This document shows, piece by piece, positions 1 through 10,264 of a stretch of 64,000 nucleotides of DNA (positions within the stretch are counted from its first letter, which is position 1; each line of letters starts with the position of its first letter). The DNA lies in NCBI GenBank assembly GCA_016182105.1, contig JACOXZ010000011.1, positions 1,218 to 65,217 of the forward strand, written 5' to 3'. The stretch comes from Candidatus Liptonbacteria bacterium (GTDB lineage Bacteria; Patescibacteriota; Minisyncoccia; UBA6257; 2-01-FULL-56-20). The notes below the pieces were generated by a model. The model saw only the letters and a program-made list of their open reading frames with translations. It did no database searches and was not told the DNA's origin. The position numbers and the translations under genes are program-made.

Positions 1-538
1 GCCTGTCGTGCTCGTTTTCCGTGAGGAGTTTTTCTAGGTTGGGTGCTTCACGGAATGCACCCTGATAGGGATTGTTTCCGTGTTTGATGAGATTCACGAG
101 ATTCTTTGGCCGTGAGATATAGGTTAAGACAAGAGATGATGTGCCAGTCTTTGCTTCAAGGGAACCATAGTGAAAAAGTTTGCCTAAGGGGTTCGAGAAG
201 CTCGTAAATGTCGTGGAGTCGTCTATCCGCAGTGTTTTATCTTTCCGTCGGAAAACACCGCGCGTGTATGTAATCGAACCGGAATGGACGACGTAGTATT
301 CATAGTACCAAGAAAGAAACGCATATACGGTTACGGCAAATTGTGCGCCGGAGAGAAATAAAATTTTCGCTGCCTGGTAGGAAAGGAGGCTTGGAAAGGA
401 TAGCTGGACGTAGAGCTCGTATTTTACGTTGCCGAAGCTCACGGCAACAAGGTAGAGCAAGAACACCGCAACTTCAATAACCGCGAATTTCCATATAAGA
501 ACAATAGGGCTCCGCTTGATTATTGTCTCGTCGCTCAT
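1..538 (-). CDS. Membrane protein with probable bacterial PH-like domain, runs off the window edge (partial)
   Basis: Manually translated open frame MSDETIIKRSPIVLIWKF...; two hydrophobic segments, then YVVHSGSITYTRGVFRRK...PLGKLFHYGSLE; ends LLTENEHDR, possibly the start of an AlbA/Schlafen-like domain. Confidence 0.6.
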   Translation of the reverse strand, partial: MSDETIIKRSPIVLIWKFAVIEVAVFLLYLVAVSFGNVKYELYVQLSFPSLLSYQAAKILFLSGAQFAVTVYAFLSWYYEYYVVHSGSITYTRGVFRRKDKTLRIDDSTTFTSFSNPLGKLFHYGSLEAKTGTSSLVLTYISRPKNLVNLIKHGNNPYQGAFREAPNLEKLLTENEHDR

Positions 539-597
539 GGTGTGAGGTATTCTTACTCCGCGCACCTTGAGCGTAACACCGGATTTGGCCGCGTCAA

Positions 598-706
598 ACC
601 CCGTCACCTTAAAACATAAATCTTCTTCCTCAAAAATATGATTTGCGAATGAATAACATTTTCTTGAGAAAGACGGCTGGCGCTCACATCTTTCTAAGGT
701 GCGGGG
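598..706. mobile_element. Family B inverted-repeat miniature element
   Basis: Ends CCCCGTCACCTTA / TAAGGTGCGGGG, flanked by TCAA direct repeats (594-597, 707-710); interior homologous to 35263-35405. Confidence 0.8.
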
Positions 707-766
707 TCAACGCGTCCCAGTCATCCTAGATACCTACTTACCGATAGGTATGTTGCGTTGACTAAT

Positions 767-780
767 GCTGCCGGGCTTGG
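767..780 (-). repeat. 14 bp duplicate of the tRNA-Gln 3' end (att-like)
   Basis: GCTGCCGGGCTTGG at 767-780 is identical to 1111-1124. Confidence 0.8.
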
Positions 781-786
781 TATCCT

Positions 787-1083
787 TCACTTTCGTTTCG
801 GACTACCTTTTCGACCAGACAGAAAATCCTTCTCTAAAGCTACGGCAACTAACCGTTTATATGCAAATGCCTTACCAGAACCTGACTTAAGATATCGCTC
901 GAAGTCGCGTGCCTCTTTCTCCGTGGTAAATGCACTATACCAAATTAATTTCCAGGGCAGATGAGGTTTTGTGGATGGCACACTGCCCTCGCTGTGAAGC
1001 TTGAATCTAGCCCGAAGATCATTAGTGGATCCGAAATAAAATATGTGCGACTTCGAGCTGAGCAAAATGTATGTATAGTGCAT
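787..1083 (-). CDS. Stand-alone GIY-YIG nuclease family protein
   Basis: MHYTYILLS...FYFGSTNDLRARFKLH...EARDFERYLKSGSG matches small GIY-YIG proteins. Confidence 0.9.
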   Translation of the reverse strand: MHYTYILLSSKSHIFYFGSTNDLRARFKLHSEGSVPSTKPHLPWKLIWYSAFTTEKEARDFERYLKSGSGKAFAYKRLVAVALEKDFLSGRKGSPKRK

Positions 1084-1111
1084 GCTATTCCGTAGCTTTA
1101 GCGAAGGATAG

Positions 1112-1182
1112 CTGCCGGGCTTGGATTCGAACCAAGGTGACGTGATTCAGAGTCACGTATCCTACCACTAGATGACCCGGCA
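1112..1182 (-). tRNA. tRNA-Gln(CTG)
   Basis: Cloverleaf: TGCCGGG/CCCGGCA acceptor, CGTGA-CT-CTG-AA-TCACG anticodon arm, GGTTCGAATCC T arm; no encoded CCA. Confidence 0.95.
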
Positions 1183-1215
1183 AAGTCTTAGCGGTTCTTA
1201 TGTTATAATAATTCC

Positions 1216-2466
1216 ATGGCGGAAATCAAATTGCCTGATACGAAAGCGCTCAAAGTGACGATTGAAAAACAGCTCGTAAAATCCATTGATGAGGTCTCGA
1301 TCGTGGACTTGATCGACCTCTTTGTTTCTTATGCCTACGCGAGCAGGGCCTCGGACATCCATATTGAGCCAACAGCTGACACCGTGAGGGTCCGTTTCCG
1401 GATAGACGGCATTCTTCACGATATTTTCGATAAAATCGGCGTAACTAAAAGCCTCCATAACGAACTTATCAGCCGCATCAAGGTACTCTCTGGCTTACGG
1501 ACCGACGAGCACTTTTTGCCCCAGGACGGCCGCTTCAAGGCCAAGACTGATCACGTGGGCAATATTGACGTCCGGGTCTCGATTATGCCCACCCACTACG
1601 GAGAGAACGCGGTTATGCGGATCTTAGCCGAGACCCAAACTTTTGAGATTATAGACCTTGGTTTCTCGAAGCCTGACCTTGAGCGGGTGAGGCGGGCTAT
1701 TGAAAAGCCCTACGGCATGATCTTGGCCAATGGTCCCACAGGATCAGGCAAGACCACCACGCTTTACACGATCTTAAAGAAACTCAATAAACCAGAAGTC
1801 TCGATGATTACGATTGAAGACCCGGTGGAGTATTCGCTTGAAGGTACGACCCAAATTCAGGTCGACCCCAAAGCCGGCCTAAACTTTGCAAACGGTCTCC
1901 GCTCGATTCTGCGTCAGGACCCGAATGTCATCATGGTCGGCGAGATCCGCGACCAGGAGACAGCCGGGATTGCGGTCAATGCCGCCTTAACCGGTCACCT
2001 TCTTTTATCAACCCTTCACACCAACGATTCAGCCACTACTTTTCCGCGTTTGATTGACATGGGTGTGCCGCCGTTTCTTGTGGCTTCCACTTTGAACATT
2101 GCCATGGGCCAGCGCCTTGTTCGAAGGCTCTGCCCTGACTGCAAAAAAGAAAAAATTTTGAGCCCAGCGGAGGTTAAAAGTTTAAGCGAACTTGTTCCGG
2201 GAGTTGAATCTAAACCTAAGAAATATTACGCCGCCCAAGGCTGCAGCAAGTGCGGCCAGAGCGGCTACCAGGGTCGGATCGGCATCCGGGAGGTTTTGGA
2301 AGTGAATGATGAGATAAGAAAGCTCGTGATGAATCGAGCAAGCTCGCAGGAGATTAAACAAGCCTCGATAAAAAACGGCATGGTGACTATGGTCCAGGAC
2401 GGTTTAGAGAAGGCGATAAGCGGCATAACAAGCATTGAAGAGGTTCTCCGAACGGTTCGCGAGTAA
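1216..2466 (+). CDS. pilB: GspE/PilB family type IV pilus assembly ATPase (short, no N-terminal domain)
   Basis: ASDIHIEP, GPTGSGKTTT, TIEDPVE, LRQDPNVIMVGEIRD, CxxC pairs. Confidence 0.92.
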   Translation: MAEIKLPDTKALKVTIEKQLVKSIDEVSIVDLIDLFVSYAYASRASDIHIEPTADTVRVRFRIDGILHDIFDKIGVTKSLHNELISRIKVLSGLRTDEHFLPQDGRFKAKTDHVGNIDVRVSIMPTHYGENAVMRILAETQTFEIIDLGFSKPDLERVRRAIEKPYGMILANGPTGSGKTTTLYTILKKLNKPEVSMITIEDPVEYSLEGTTQIQVDPKAGLNFANGLRSILRQDPNVIMVGEIRDQETAGIAVNAALTGHLLLSTLHTNDSATTFPRLIDMGVPPFLVASTLNIAMGQRLVRRLCPDCKKEKILSPAEVKSLSELVPGVESKPKKYYAAQGCSKCGQSGYQGRIGIREVLEVNDEIRKLVMNRASSQEIKQASIKNGMVTMVQDGLEKAISGITSIEEVLRTVRE

Positions 2467-2478
2467 TTTAAACAAAGG

Positions 2479-3558
2479 ATGGTAGTCAAGCCCCACAAGT
2501 TTACCGAAGGAATTTTTGAGCACGTCGCAACTCAGGAGAAGATAAATTTCGCCCGCCACCTTTCTTTAACCATCAAGGCCGGTCTTCCACTTTTCGAGGG
2601 GCTCAAAATCATCAAAGGCCAGATCGTCTCCAAAACTTTAAAGAAAGTCATTGACGAGTTGATTGATGACGTGAATAAGGGCCAGTTTTTGTCGGACGCT
2701 CTTCAAAGACACCGGCATCTTTTCGGAGAATTTTTTATAAATATCATCAGAATAGGCGAGGCGAGCGGCACTTTGGCCTCGAATCTTCTCTATCTTGCAG
2801 AAGAGATGAAAAAGTCCAAGACTCTTCGAGGCAAAATCCGTTCGTCTATGATCTATCCCGTAATTATTCTTATTGCCACCCTCGCCATCACGTCACTTCT
2901 CATGTTTTTCGTCTTCCCCAAAATCCTTCCGGTTTTCGCAAGTTTGAATATCAAACTGCCGATCACGACCAGAATTATGATTGGCAGCGTGAATTTCCTT
3001 TTGGCAAACTGGCTAAAACTTGTTATTGGAATCGCAGTCGCGGTAATTGGCTTCCGGGCGCTTATCTTTCTTAATGGTTTTCGGTTTATTTTGCATAGGA
3101 TCGCGTTTTTTATACCTGTGCTCGCAAGACTGATCACTCACATTAATATGGCTAATTTCTCGAGGGTCACGGCCGTGCTCCTTAAAAGCGGCGTAAAGAT
3201 CGTGGAGGCAGTGACGATTACAAGCAAAACCTTCAATAACTTAGTCTATCGTCAGGAACTTTTGGCCGCGGCTGAAGAGATAAGGAAAGGCGGGCAACTA
3301 GGCGTCTATCTTTCAAAGAGAAAAAAATTTTTTCCGCCACTGCTCTCCGGTCTCATTACAATAGGGGAGAACACAGGCAATCTCGAAGATAATCTTTTTT
3401 ACCTTGCCGATTACTACGGCGAAGAAGTGGATGCTTCCCTCCGGAACCTCACGGCCTTGATCGAACCGCTTTTGCTTTTAGTTATGGGGCTTGTTGTCGG
3501 CTTCGTGGCGCTCTCGATTGTTACGCCGATCTACTCCATTACCCAAGGCATTAAATGA
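2479..3558 (+). CDS. pilC: GspF/PilC platform protein
   Basis: GEASGTL, SSMIYP, GENTGNL, LIEP motifs; follows the ATPase. Confidence 0.92.
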   Translation: MVVKPHKFTEGIFEHVATQEKINFARHLSLTIKAGLPLFEGLKIIKGQIVSKTLKKVIDELIDDVNKGQFLSDALQRHRHLFGEFFINIIRIGEASGTLASNLLYLAEEMKKSKTLRGKIRSSMIYPVIILIATLAITSLLMFFVFPKILPVFASLNIKLPITTRIMIGSVNFLLANWLKLVIGIAVAVIGFRALIFLNGFRFILHRIAFFIPVLARLITHINMANFSRVTAVLLKSGVKIVEAVTITSKTFNNLVYRQELLAAAEEIRKGGQLGVYLSKRKKFFPPLLSGLITIGENTGNLEDNLFYLADYYGEEVDASLRNLTALIEPLLLLVMGLVVGFVALSIVTPIYSITQGIK

Positions 3559-5315
3559 GGAACCGGCAGGGACTCACTTTTATTGATGTTGTTGTTTCGA
3601 TCGGCATCATTGGTATTCTCTTTGTCGGCATTTTTGCCACCTATTCCTCGATTTTGGACGTTATAAACAATTCCGAGAGACGAGGAGCGGCAGCCTCTAT
3701 CTTAAATAGGCAAATCGAGATTATCCGAAATCTGCCCTATAACCAGGTGGGCACAGTAGGCGGCGTGCCTTCCGGTATTATTCCTCAGGAACAGACTCTT
3801 CAGGCCTCGGGACTTACATTCGTCATAAAAACCACTGTTCGGAACATTGACGATCCATATGATGGCACCTTGGGCGGGAACCCCAATGACACAGCGCCGG
3901 CCGACTATAAGCTCGCGGAGCTCGAAGTCAGCTGCTCAAGCTGCGGGAGTTTCGTGCCATTGATTTTGACTACTACAGTCTCTCCTAAAAATTTGGAAGC
4001 CGCGAGCACGAACGGATCTATCTTCGTGAATGTCTTCGATGCGAGCGGAATCGGCATCTCGGGAGTCACGGTTCATGTGGTAAACGCAAGCATTACCCCG
4101 CCCCTAGACCTTTTTGACACGACAAACGCAAGCGGCGTTCTCCAACTTGTGGGCGTGTCAACAAGCACGCAGTCTTATCGGATTGACGTGAGTAAAACCG
4201 GCTATTCATCCGACAAAACCTACCAGCCGGGCGACCCCTCAAACCCTAATCCTCTGAAACCCCATGCGACGGTCGCGGCTCAAACAGTAACCCAAGTGAG
4301 TTTCGCGATTGACCGGGTGAGCACATTAAACGTTCGGACCTCGGACGTTGTCTGTTCGTCCGTCTCCGGACAAGATTTCACTCTTCAGGGGTCTAAACTT
4401 ATCGGTACTGGTCCGGATGTCTTGAAATTTTCGACGTCCTCGGCCACTGACGGGAGCGGCCTCAAGACTTTCAATAATCTTGAATGGGATACCTACAACA
4501 TCAGTCGTTCGGGAACGACTAATTACCTGGTCGGCACCATGCCTTTCTCTCCGTTAACCATAAACCCCAGTTCAACTCAAGATTTTCGATTTATTCTTGA
4601 GCCGTCTTCACCGGATGGGCTCCTTGTTATTGTTAAAGATTCGGGAAGCGGCGCAGTTATAAACGGCGCTTCAGTGAATCTCTCCAAGACGGGGTTCTCC
4701 CAGACTTTGATTACCGGACGCAATTTTTTGCGGCAAACCGATTGGTCGGCCGGTGAATATTCTAGTCAAGACGGCGGCATTGATGTTTCCTCGCCTGCCG
4801 GCACTTTAAAACTTCTTCTCTCGGCTTCGAGTACTTACAGCACCAGCACTGTGAGTTGGCTCACCTCGAATACTTTCAATGTCGGTTCTTCAACGGCCAC
4901 TTATTATACTTTAAGCTGGAGCCCGACCACCCAACCGCCCCAAACCGGCCCTGACAGCTTGAAATTCCAAATCGCTTCGAACAATGACAACGCCACTTGG
5001 AATTTTGTTGGCCCGGACGGCATGGCCGGGAGTTATTACACGACAAACGGCGCGGGCGTAGCCGGCCACAACAACCGTCGTTTTCTACGATATAAAGTAT
5101 TTATGAAAACGGATGACGAGAACTTTACGCCTTCACTCGATGATCTAAGCATTGAATTCAACTCCATCTGCGTGCCTGGCGGCCAGGTTCTTTTTAGCGG
5201 TCTTACCGCCGACGCTTATAGTATCACAGCCACGGCCGTTGGTTATTCTTTAGCATCAAGTTCTGTTTCGGTCGTAAATGGCTTCAATCAAACCGAGGTT
5301 TTAATGTCGCCTTAA
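3555..5315 (+). CDS. Large pilin-like protein with beta-rich (carboxypeptidase-regulatory-like) domains
   Basis: Class III signal QG-LTFIDVVV, then a Ser/Thr-rich extracellular region. Confidence 0.75.
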   Translation: MRNRQGLTFIDVVVSIGIIGILFVGIFATYSSILDVINNSERRGAAASILNRQIEIIRNLPYNQVGTVGGVPSGIIPQEQTLQASGLTFVIKTTVRNIDDPYDGTLGGNPNDTAPADYKLAELEVSCSSCGSFVPLILTTTVSPKNLEAASTNGSIFVNVFDASGIGISGVTVHVVNASITPPLDLFDTTNASGVLQLVGVSTSTQSYRIDVSKTGYSSDKTYQPGDPSNPNPLKPHATVAAQTVTQVSFAIDRVSTLNVRTSDVVCSSVSGQDFTLQGSKLIGTGPDVLKFSTSSATDGSGLKTFNNLEWDTYNISRSGTTNYLVGTMPFSPLTINPSSTQDFRFILEPSSPDGLLVIVKDSGSGAVINGASVNLSKTGFSQTLITGRNFLRQTDWSAGEYSSQDGGIDVSSPAGTLKLLLSASSTYSTSTVSWLTSNTFNVGSSTATYYTLSWSPTTQPPQTGPDSLKFQIASNNDNATWNFVGPDGMAGSYYTTNGAGVAGHNNRRFLRYKVFMKTDDENFTPSLDDLSIEFNSICVPGGQVLFSGLTADAYSITATAVGYSLASSSVSVVNGFNQTEVLMSP

Positions 5316-5321
5316 AATAAA

Positions 5322-5924
5322 ATGAATATCAAAAAACTAGCTGGGTTTACCTTTATCGAAGTCGTGATCGTGATCGCGATTTTCGTGGTGATTTTCACTG
5401 TGATTGCGAGCTTTGGCGAGAATACCAGTTTGCTTTCGAACCTAATAAACAAAAGCTTGCAAGCGGAACAAGACCTAAGGCAGACTTTCCAGGTTATAGT
5501 AACTGAAATCCGTTCAGCAGGGCCCTCAAGTCTTGGCGCCTATCCGATTGAGTCGGCCGCTACTTCGTCTTTCGCTTTTTTCAGCGACATTGACGAGGAC
5601 GGCGTTTTTGAGCGGGTAAGATACTTCGTGGGGACTAGCACGCTCGAGAAAGGAGTGATTGAGCCTATTGGGAACCCATTGGTTTACGCGACCTCGAGCG
5701 AGTCTGTAAAAATAGCAGTTAATTACCTGCTTATGGCCTCGAGTACTTTTGAGTATTATGACGCTAATTACACCGGGCTAGAGGCGTCGCTTAGCACGCC
5801 TATAGACGTAACCAAGATCAGGATCGTTAAAGTCACGGTTACGGCTGACGTTAACCCAGGAGCGGCCCCGAAGCCAGTGACCTTCACCAACATCATTAAC
5901 GTGAGAAATCTTCGAAGCAACTGA
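5322..5924 (+). CDS. Minor pilin (prepilin N-terminal cleavage motif)
   Basis: AG-FTFIEVVIVIAI. Confidence 0.85.
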   Translation: MNIKKLAGFTFIEVVIVIAIFVVIFTVIASFGENTSLLSNLINKSLQAEQDLRQTFQVIVTEIRSAGPSSLGAYPIESAATSSFAFFSDIDEDGVFERVRYFVGTSTLEKGVIEPIGNPLVYATSSESVKIAVNYLLMASSTFEYYDANYTGLEASLSTPIDVTKIRIVKVTVTADVNPGAAPKPVTFTNIINVRNLRSN

Positions 5925-6025
5925 TCCCGTTAGAAGCCGCGATCGCGTTGCTAAAACTCCAAATATCTATCAATGTACAGTCATTACAATGAACTCGCCT
6001 AGATCGCGATCTGCTTCTAACGGGA
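5925..6025. mobile_element. Family A inverted-repeat miniature element
   Basis: TCCCGTTAGAAGC...GCTTCTAACGGGA flanked by TGA on both sides; last A is the A of the next ATG. Confidence 0.85.
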
Positions 6026-7497
6026 TGAAGAACAAAAAAGGACAACTTTCGCTTCAGGTTTTGATCTTCGGAGCGGTCTCGATAATCGTTATCAGCGGCT
6101 TTGCGCTTTGGGCTTCATCGTTTTTGAAATTCTCTCTTAGGGATTTCAATAAGACATTAGCTTTCTCAATTTCGGAGGCTGGCATTGAGTATTACCGCTG
6201 GCACCTGGCGCACGCGCCACAGGACTTTCAGGACGGCACTGGCGGCCCCGGCCCTTATGTCCACAACTATTACGACAAAAACGGAATTGTCCTCGGCCAG
6301 TTCAGTTTGGAAATCACCCCGCCAGCCACGGGCTCAACGATCGTAAAAATCAAGAGCACTGGCCAGCTTGCGGCCGACTCGAGTATTCAGAAAATAATTC
6401 AGGTTTCGATGGGCATCCCGTCTTTTGCCAAATACGCGGTCGCGGCCAATGACATCATTCGTTTTGGAGACGGCACAATAGTTTACGGACCGATTCATTC
6501 AAACGGCGGCATCCGGTTCGACGGCTACGCTTATAATTTGATAACCAGCGCCGTAGCCGACTATGACGACCCGGATCACGGCGGCGGCAATGAATTCGGA
6601 GTCCATACTCATCGCAATGAAGGAGGCCAAAGCGGAGTGGATAACAGCTACCGACCCAAAGAAGCGCCGCCGCCGCCAGCTCCCGACCGGCCGGATGTTT
6701 TCGGCGCTGGCCGTGAGTTTCCGGTGCCGGCCGTTGATTTCGTTGGCATTACCCAAGATTTGAGCCAAATCAAAGCCGATGCTCAAACAAACGGTTTTTA
6801 TAGGGCGAGCTCAACGGCTTACGGCTATGAAGTGATTCTTAAAACCGATGACACATTTGACCTTTACCGGGTCAATTCTTTAGTGTCTTCGCCTTCTTCA
6901 AATTGCACTAAATCGCAAGATCAAGCCAATAATCAAGGCGGCTGGGGAACCTGGACTATTAATTCCAAAACCTTATTGGGTAATTATGTTTTTCCGGCCA
7001 ATGGTTTGATATTTTTGGAAGACGATGTTTGGGTGAGAGGACAGGTGGACGGCGGCCGTTTGACCATCGCTTCAGCTCGGTTTCCGGATAATCCCTCAAC
7101 AAGAAGCAGCATTACTTTAAACGACAATCTTTTATATACCGATTACAACGGTCTTGATGCCATCGCTTTAATGGCGCAGAAAAATATCAATGTCGGCTGG
7201 CAGAGCCAAGATATCATCAGAATTGATGGGGCTTTGGTCGCCCAAAACGGCTGGGTGGGAAGATATTATTACAATAGTTTCTGTTCGCCGTACGATTTAA
7301 GAGACACCATTACCACTTACGGGTCGCTCGTCTCAAGCCAGCGCTACGGTTTTGCTTACACTACCGGTGTTCAAACTGTTTCCGGCTATCCGACGAGAAA
7401 CCTAATTTACGATTCCAATTTATTATACGGCCCGCCGCCGAGTTTCCCCTTGACCAGCGATCAGTATACACAAATATCCTGGGACGAAGTAAAATAG
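6025..7497 (+). CDS. PilX-like minor pilin/tip protein
   Basis: KKG-QLSLQVLIF, AFSISEAGIEYYRWHL, GPIHSNGGIRFDG; start reassigned to the ATG at the element end. Confidence 0.75.
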   Translation: MKNKKGQLSLQVLIFGAVSIIVISGFALWASSFLKFSLRDFNKTLAFSISEAGIEYYRWHLAHAPQDFQDGTGGPGPYVHNYYDKNGIVLGQFSLEITPPATGSTIVKIKSTGQLAADSSIQKIIQVSMGIPSFAKYAVAANDIIRFGDGTIVYGPIHSNGGIRFDGYAYNLITSAVADYDDPDHGGGNEFGVHTHRNEGGQSGVDNSYRPKEAPPPPAPDRPDVFGAGREFPVPAVDFVGITQDLSQIKADAQTNGFYRASSTAYGYEVILKTDDTFDLYRVNSLVSSPSSNCTKSQDQANNQGGWGTWTINSKTLLGNYVFPANGLIFLEDDVWVRGQVDGGRLTIASARFPDNPSTRSSITLNDNLLYTDYNGLDAIALMAQKNINVGWQSQDIIRIDGALVAQNGWVGRYYYNSFCSPYDLRDTITTYGSLVSSQRYGFAYTTGVQTVSGYPTRNLIYDSNLLYGPPPSFPLTSDQYTQISWDEVK

Positions 7498-7508
7498 TTT
7501 AAATTCAA

Positions 7509-7955
7509 ATGAGAAAAGGACTTACGTTAATCGAAGTTTTGATCACCATCGTTCTCGTCGCCATTTTAGGCAGCTTTGTCATCGTCTCCTTGAATCCGGT
7601 GGGCCAGCTAGCTTCGGCCAGGAACAACCAGCGGCTCTCAAATTTAAACACCATTTTAAATTCCATTAGTCAAAACGCGGCTGACAGCAAAGGCATTTTT
7701 ACCTGTTTAGGGGGGCCCATCCCCACCTCGACTAAAAGGATGGCGATTGGTGCGGGCAATTATGATATAGCTTCTTGCCTTATTCCGATTTATGCTTCGG
7801 TTTTGCCTTTTGATCCCAAAGACCCTTTAGCGCATTTCACGAGCCAAACCGATTATGACACCGGCTACACAATTATAAGAAACGCCTCAAGCGGGGCCCT
7901 CACAGTAAGCGCGCCTTCGGCTGAGTCCGGCAAGGTTATCTCGGTCAGCCGCTAA
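7509..7955 (+). CDS. Type IV pilin
   Basis: KG-LTLIEVLITIVLVAIL...LNPVGQLASARNNQR; paralog of 60084-60557. Confidence 0.88.
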   Translation: MRKGLTLIEVLITIVLVAILGSFVIVSLNPVGQLASARNNQRLSNLNTILNSISQNAADSKGIFTCLGGPIPTSTKRMAIGAGNYDIASCLIPIYASVLPFDPKDPLAHFTSQTDYDTGYTIIRNASSGALTVSAPSAESGKVISVSR

Positions 7956-9067
7956 GGCTTTTCGGTTTTCAAGTTTTCAATTAAAGCGATTTCCAGGGGT
8001 ACCATCTGAAAAGGGCTATAGCGCATTTCGCTGTAGGCCCGAATTAGATCTTTAGTGAGTCTCAAGAGGCGGTCAAGATCTACGGCCTCGCTCAGTTTTT
8101 TAAGCTGGACTATCTCCTCTTTGGTGAGTTCTGATTGAAAAACTTCTTCTAAGGCAGGATTCACCTTGAGCGACATAATTTTACGGGAATAATGGATCAG
8201 GTCTTTCGCTAGCTGGACTAAATTGTGGCCTTCCTCATTCAGTTTCGCGAGATAATCAAGGCTGCTTTTTAAATCACGGGCAATAATTAGGCTCGCAAGT
8301 CCGCTTACCTTTCTGAAACCCACCCGACCCGTGAGGAGCTCCGCGGTTTTAAGGTCAACCTTGTTCTTCAGTGAGGCGAGCTGATCAAGGAGCGATTCCG
8401 CGTCGCGGAGGGAGCCATCGCCCGAGGCCGCCACGAGTTCCAAGGCGGCTTCGTCAATCTCGATTTTTTCGGCTTTGGCAATTGCCTTGAGTTTCTCGAT
8501 AATCTTAGTTTTAGGGAGTTTTTTGAATAAAAATCTTTGGGTTCTTGAGGTGATGGTCGGAGGCATTTTTTCATACTCGGTCGTCGCGAGGATCAAGACA
8601 GCATGTTTCGGAGGCTCCTCTAGGGTCTTTAAGAGGGCGTTAAAAGCCGGGCCGGTTAACATATGAGCCTCGTCGATAATATAAACCTTAAAATCGCTTC
8701 CGGCAGGCGAGGCGTGGATGCTTTCCTTTAAGTTCCTGATTTCGTCAATGCCGCGGTTAGAGGCCGCGTCAATCTCGATCACATCAAAAGAAGTGCCCGC
8801 GTTGATTTCACTGCAAGAACGGCACTCGTTGCATGGCTCGCCTTGTTCTTGGAATTTCGGGTCTTTGGCCCGGAGTTCACAGTTCAAAAGTTTGGCAATG
8901 AGCCTTGCGGTCGTGGTTTTGCCGGTCCCTCGGGGTCCATAGAAAAGATAAGCGTGGCCGATCCGATTTTGACGAGCCGCGTTTTTTAAAATCTCGACAT
9001 TCGTCTCCTGACCGAGGAGGTCTCCTAGTTTCTGCGGACGATATTTGCGGTAGAGAGCCAGAGCCAT
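7952..9067 (-). CDS. dnaX: DNA polymerase III subunit gamma/tau
   Basis: ALYRKYRP, GPRGTGKTT, EIDAASNRG, IIDEAHML, LLKTLEEPP. Confidence 0.95.
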   Translation of the reverse strand: MALALYRKYRPQKLGDLLGQETNVEILKNAARQNRIGHAYLFYGPRGTGKTTTARLIAKLLNCELRAKDPKFQEQGEPCNECRSCSEINAGTSFDVIEIDAASNRGIDEIRNLKESIHASPAGSDFKVYIIDEAHMLTGPAFNALLKTLEEPPKHAVLILATTEYEKMPPTITSRTQRFLFKKLPKTKIIEKLKAIAKAEKIEIDEAALELVAASGDGSLRDAESLLDQLASLKNKVDLKTAELLTGRVGFRKVSGLASLIIARDLKSSLDYLAKLNEEGHNLVQLAKDLIHYSRKIMSLKVNPALEEVFQSELTKEEIVQLKKLSEAVDLDRLLRLTKDLIRAYSEMRYSPFQMVPLEIALIENLKTEKP

Positions 9068-9128
9068 CAGCTGCATTATAAGGAATTTATCCTTCCGTGG
9101 CCAGCGGCTATATCAAATTTTCGACCTA

Positions 9129-9158
9129 TTGACAAAATAGCTAGTTATAGTATATAAT
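9129..9158 (+). promoter_or_regulatory. Sigma70-type promoter
   Basis: TTGACA-18 bp-TATAAT upstream of the 9316 gene. Confidence 0.75.
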
Positions 9159-9315
9159 TAATCTGTTCTTTGATAATTCATATTCTAGTTTTTCAATCGC
9201 ATGAGGCGAGCGTTTAGCGAGTTAGATGAATAGCTCTTTAAGCACTCGCCTTATCACGAGGCGCGTCTCTCTCCGGAGGGAGTCCGGTAAGTTCACAACG
9301 AAAAGGAGAACGACG

Positions 9316-10191
9316 ATGACGACACAGTCGATCACGTCCGTCACAGACGGTCAGAAAAAGCAGTACCTGCGGTTCGTCGAGGACGCCGCCGACAAGGCGC
9401 TCGTGGAGGCCGTTCTCGACAAGGACGGTCTCCAGCGAGTCATCGAGAACGGGGACGACCTGCAGGCGGCCATCGTGGCCAAGCTCAAGGAGCTCTCGGT
9501 CACGAACGAGTACGCTGACGAGGAGGTCGGATCGAACTACGGTTACCTCTCGGGTTATAAGCCCAAGGGTATCGCCGAGCAGATCAAGACCCTCCGCAAG
9601 CTGTTCCCGTCGATCGGTACCGCTGACGAGCAGATCGCCAGCAAGCCGCTTCCCGCCAGTGCCGAGGGATGGTTCGCCATTCCGAGGTACGAGCTGGTCG
9701 CGGCGAGCTACAACGACGCGGTTCTCGCGGTGCTCGAGCTGACCAAGAAGGATCGCAATGGCAAGTTCTACAACTGGTGCGAGGGCCACCTCGGCCCGCA
9801 GTACCTGCACCAGACGGAGCGAGCCGTGCGTTCTCTGAAGAAGATCGGCGAAGAGCAGAAGGGTCACGACATCTTGGTCGTTGCGGCGCAGTTTGGTCTC
9901 CGTCACCGGGGCCGTTCCGTCCGTCGGGCTCGCTCCACTATGAACTCCTCGGAGTTCGGACTCGGCGCGTTCGCGGTCGGGGTCATACTGCTGACCCATC
10001 CCGAGCGTCTGAAGCACTACGATGACCTCTGGATCGACTGCGCAGGAGATGAGTACTCTCCTGACGCCGATGGCCGGTTCGACGAGGCCCCGCTCTTCGA
10101 CTTCGACGACGGCGAGGTGGAGTTCTTCACCCACTGGGTGGGCAATGCCCGCGAGTTCTATGGCTCTGCGTCGGGCTTTCTCCCGCAGTAG
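9316..10191 (+). CDS. Hypothetical protein with atypical codon usage; possible C-type-lectin-fold DGR target
   Basis: Strong RBS AAGGAG before ATG 9316; third positions almost all G/C; own promoter and terminator. Confidence 0.75.
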   Translation: MTTQSITSVTDGQKKQYLRFVEDAADKALVEAVLDKDGLQRVIENGDDLQAAIVAKLKELSVTNEYADEEVGSNYGYLSGYKPKGIAEQIKTLRKLFPSIGTADEQIASKPLPASAEGWFAIPRYELVAASYNDAVLAVLELTKKDRNGKFYNWCEGHLGPQYLHQTERAVRSLKKIGEEQKGHDILVVAAQFGLRHRGRSVRRARSTMNSSEFGLGAFAVGVILLTHPERLKHYDDLWIDCAGDEYSPDADGRFDEAPLFDFDDGEVEFFTHWVGNAREFYGSASGFLPQ

Positions 10192-10264
10192 TCGCTCCTC
10201 GAAACCTCGAACGCTTGGGTCTTTCGATCGTTTATCGCTTGATCCCTTGCGTTCGCTACAACTG

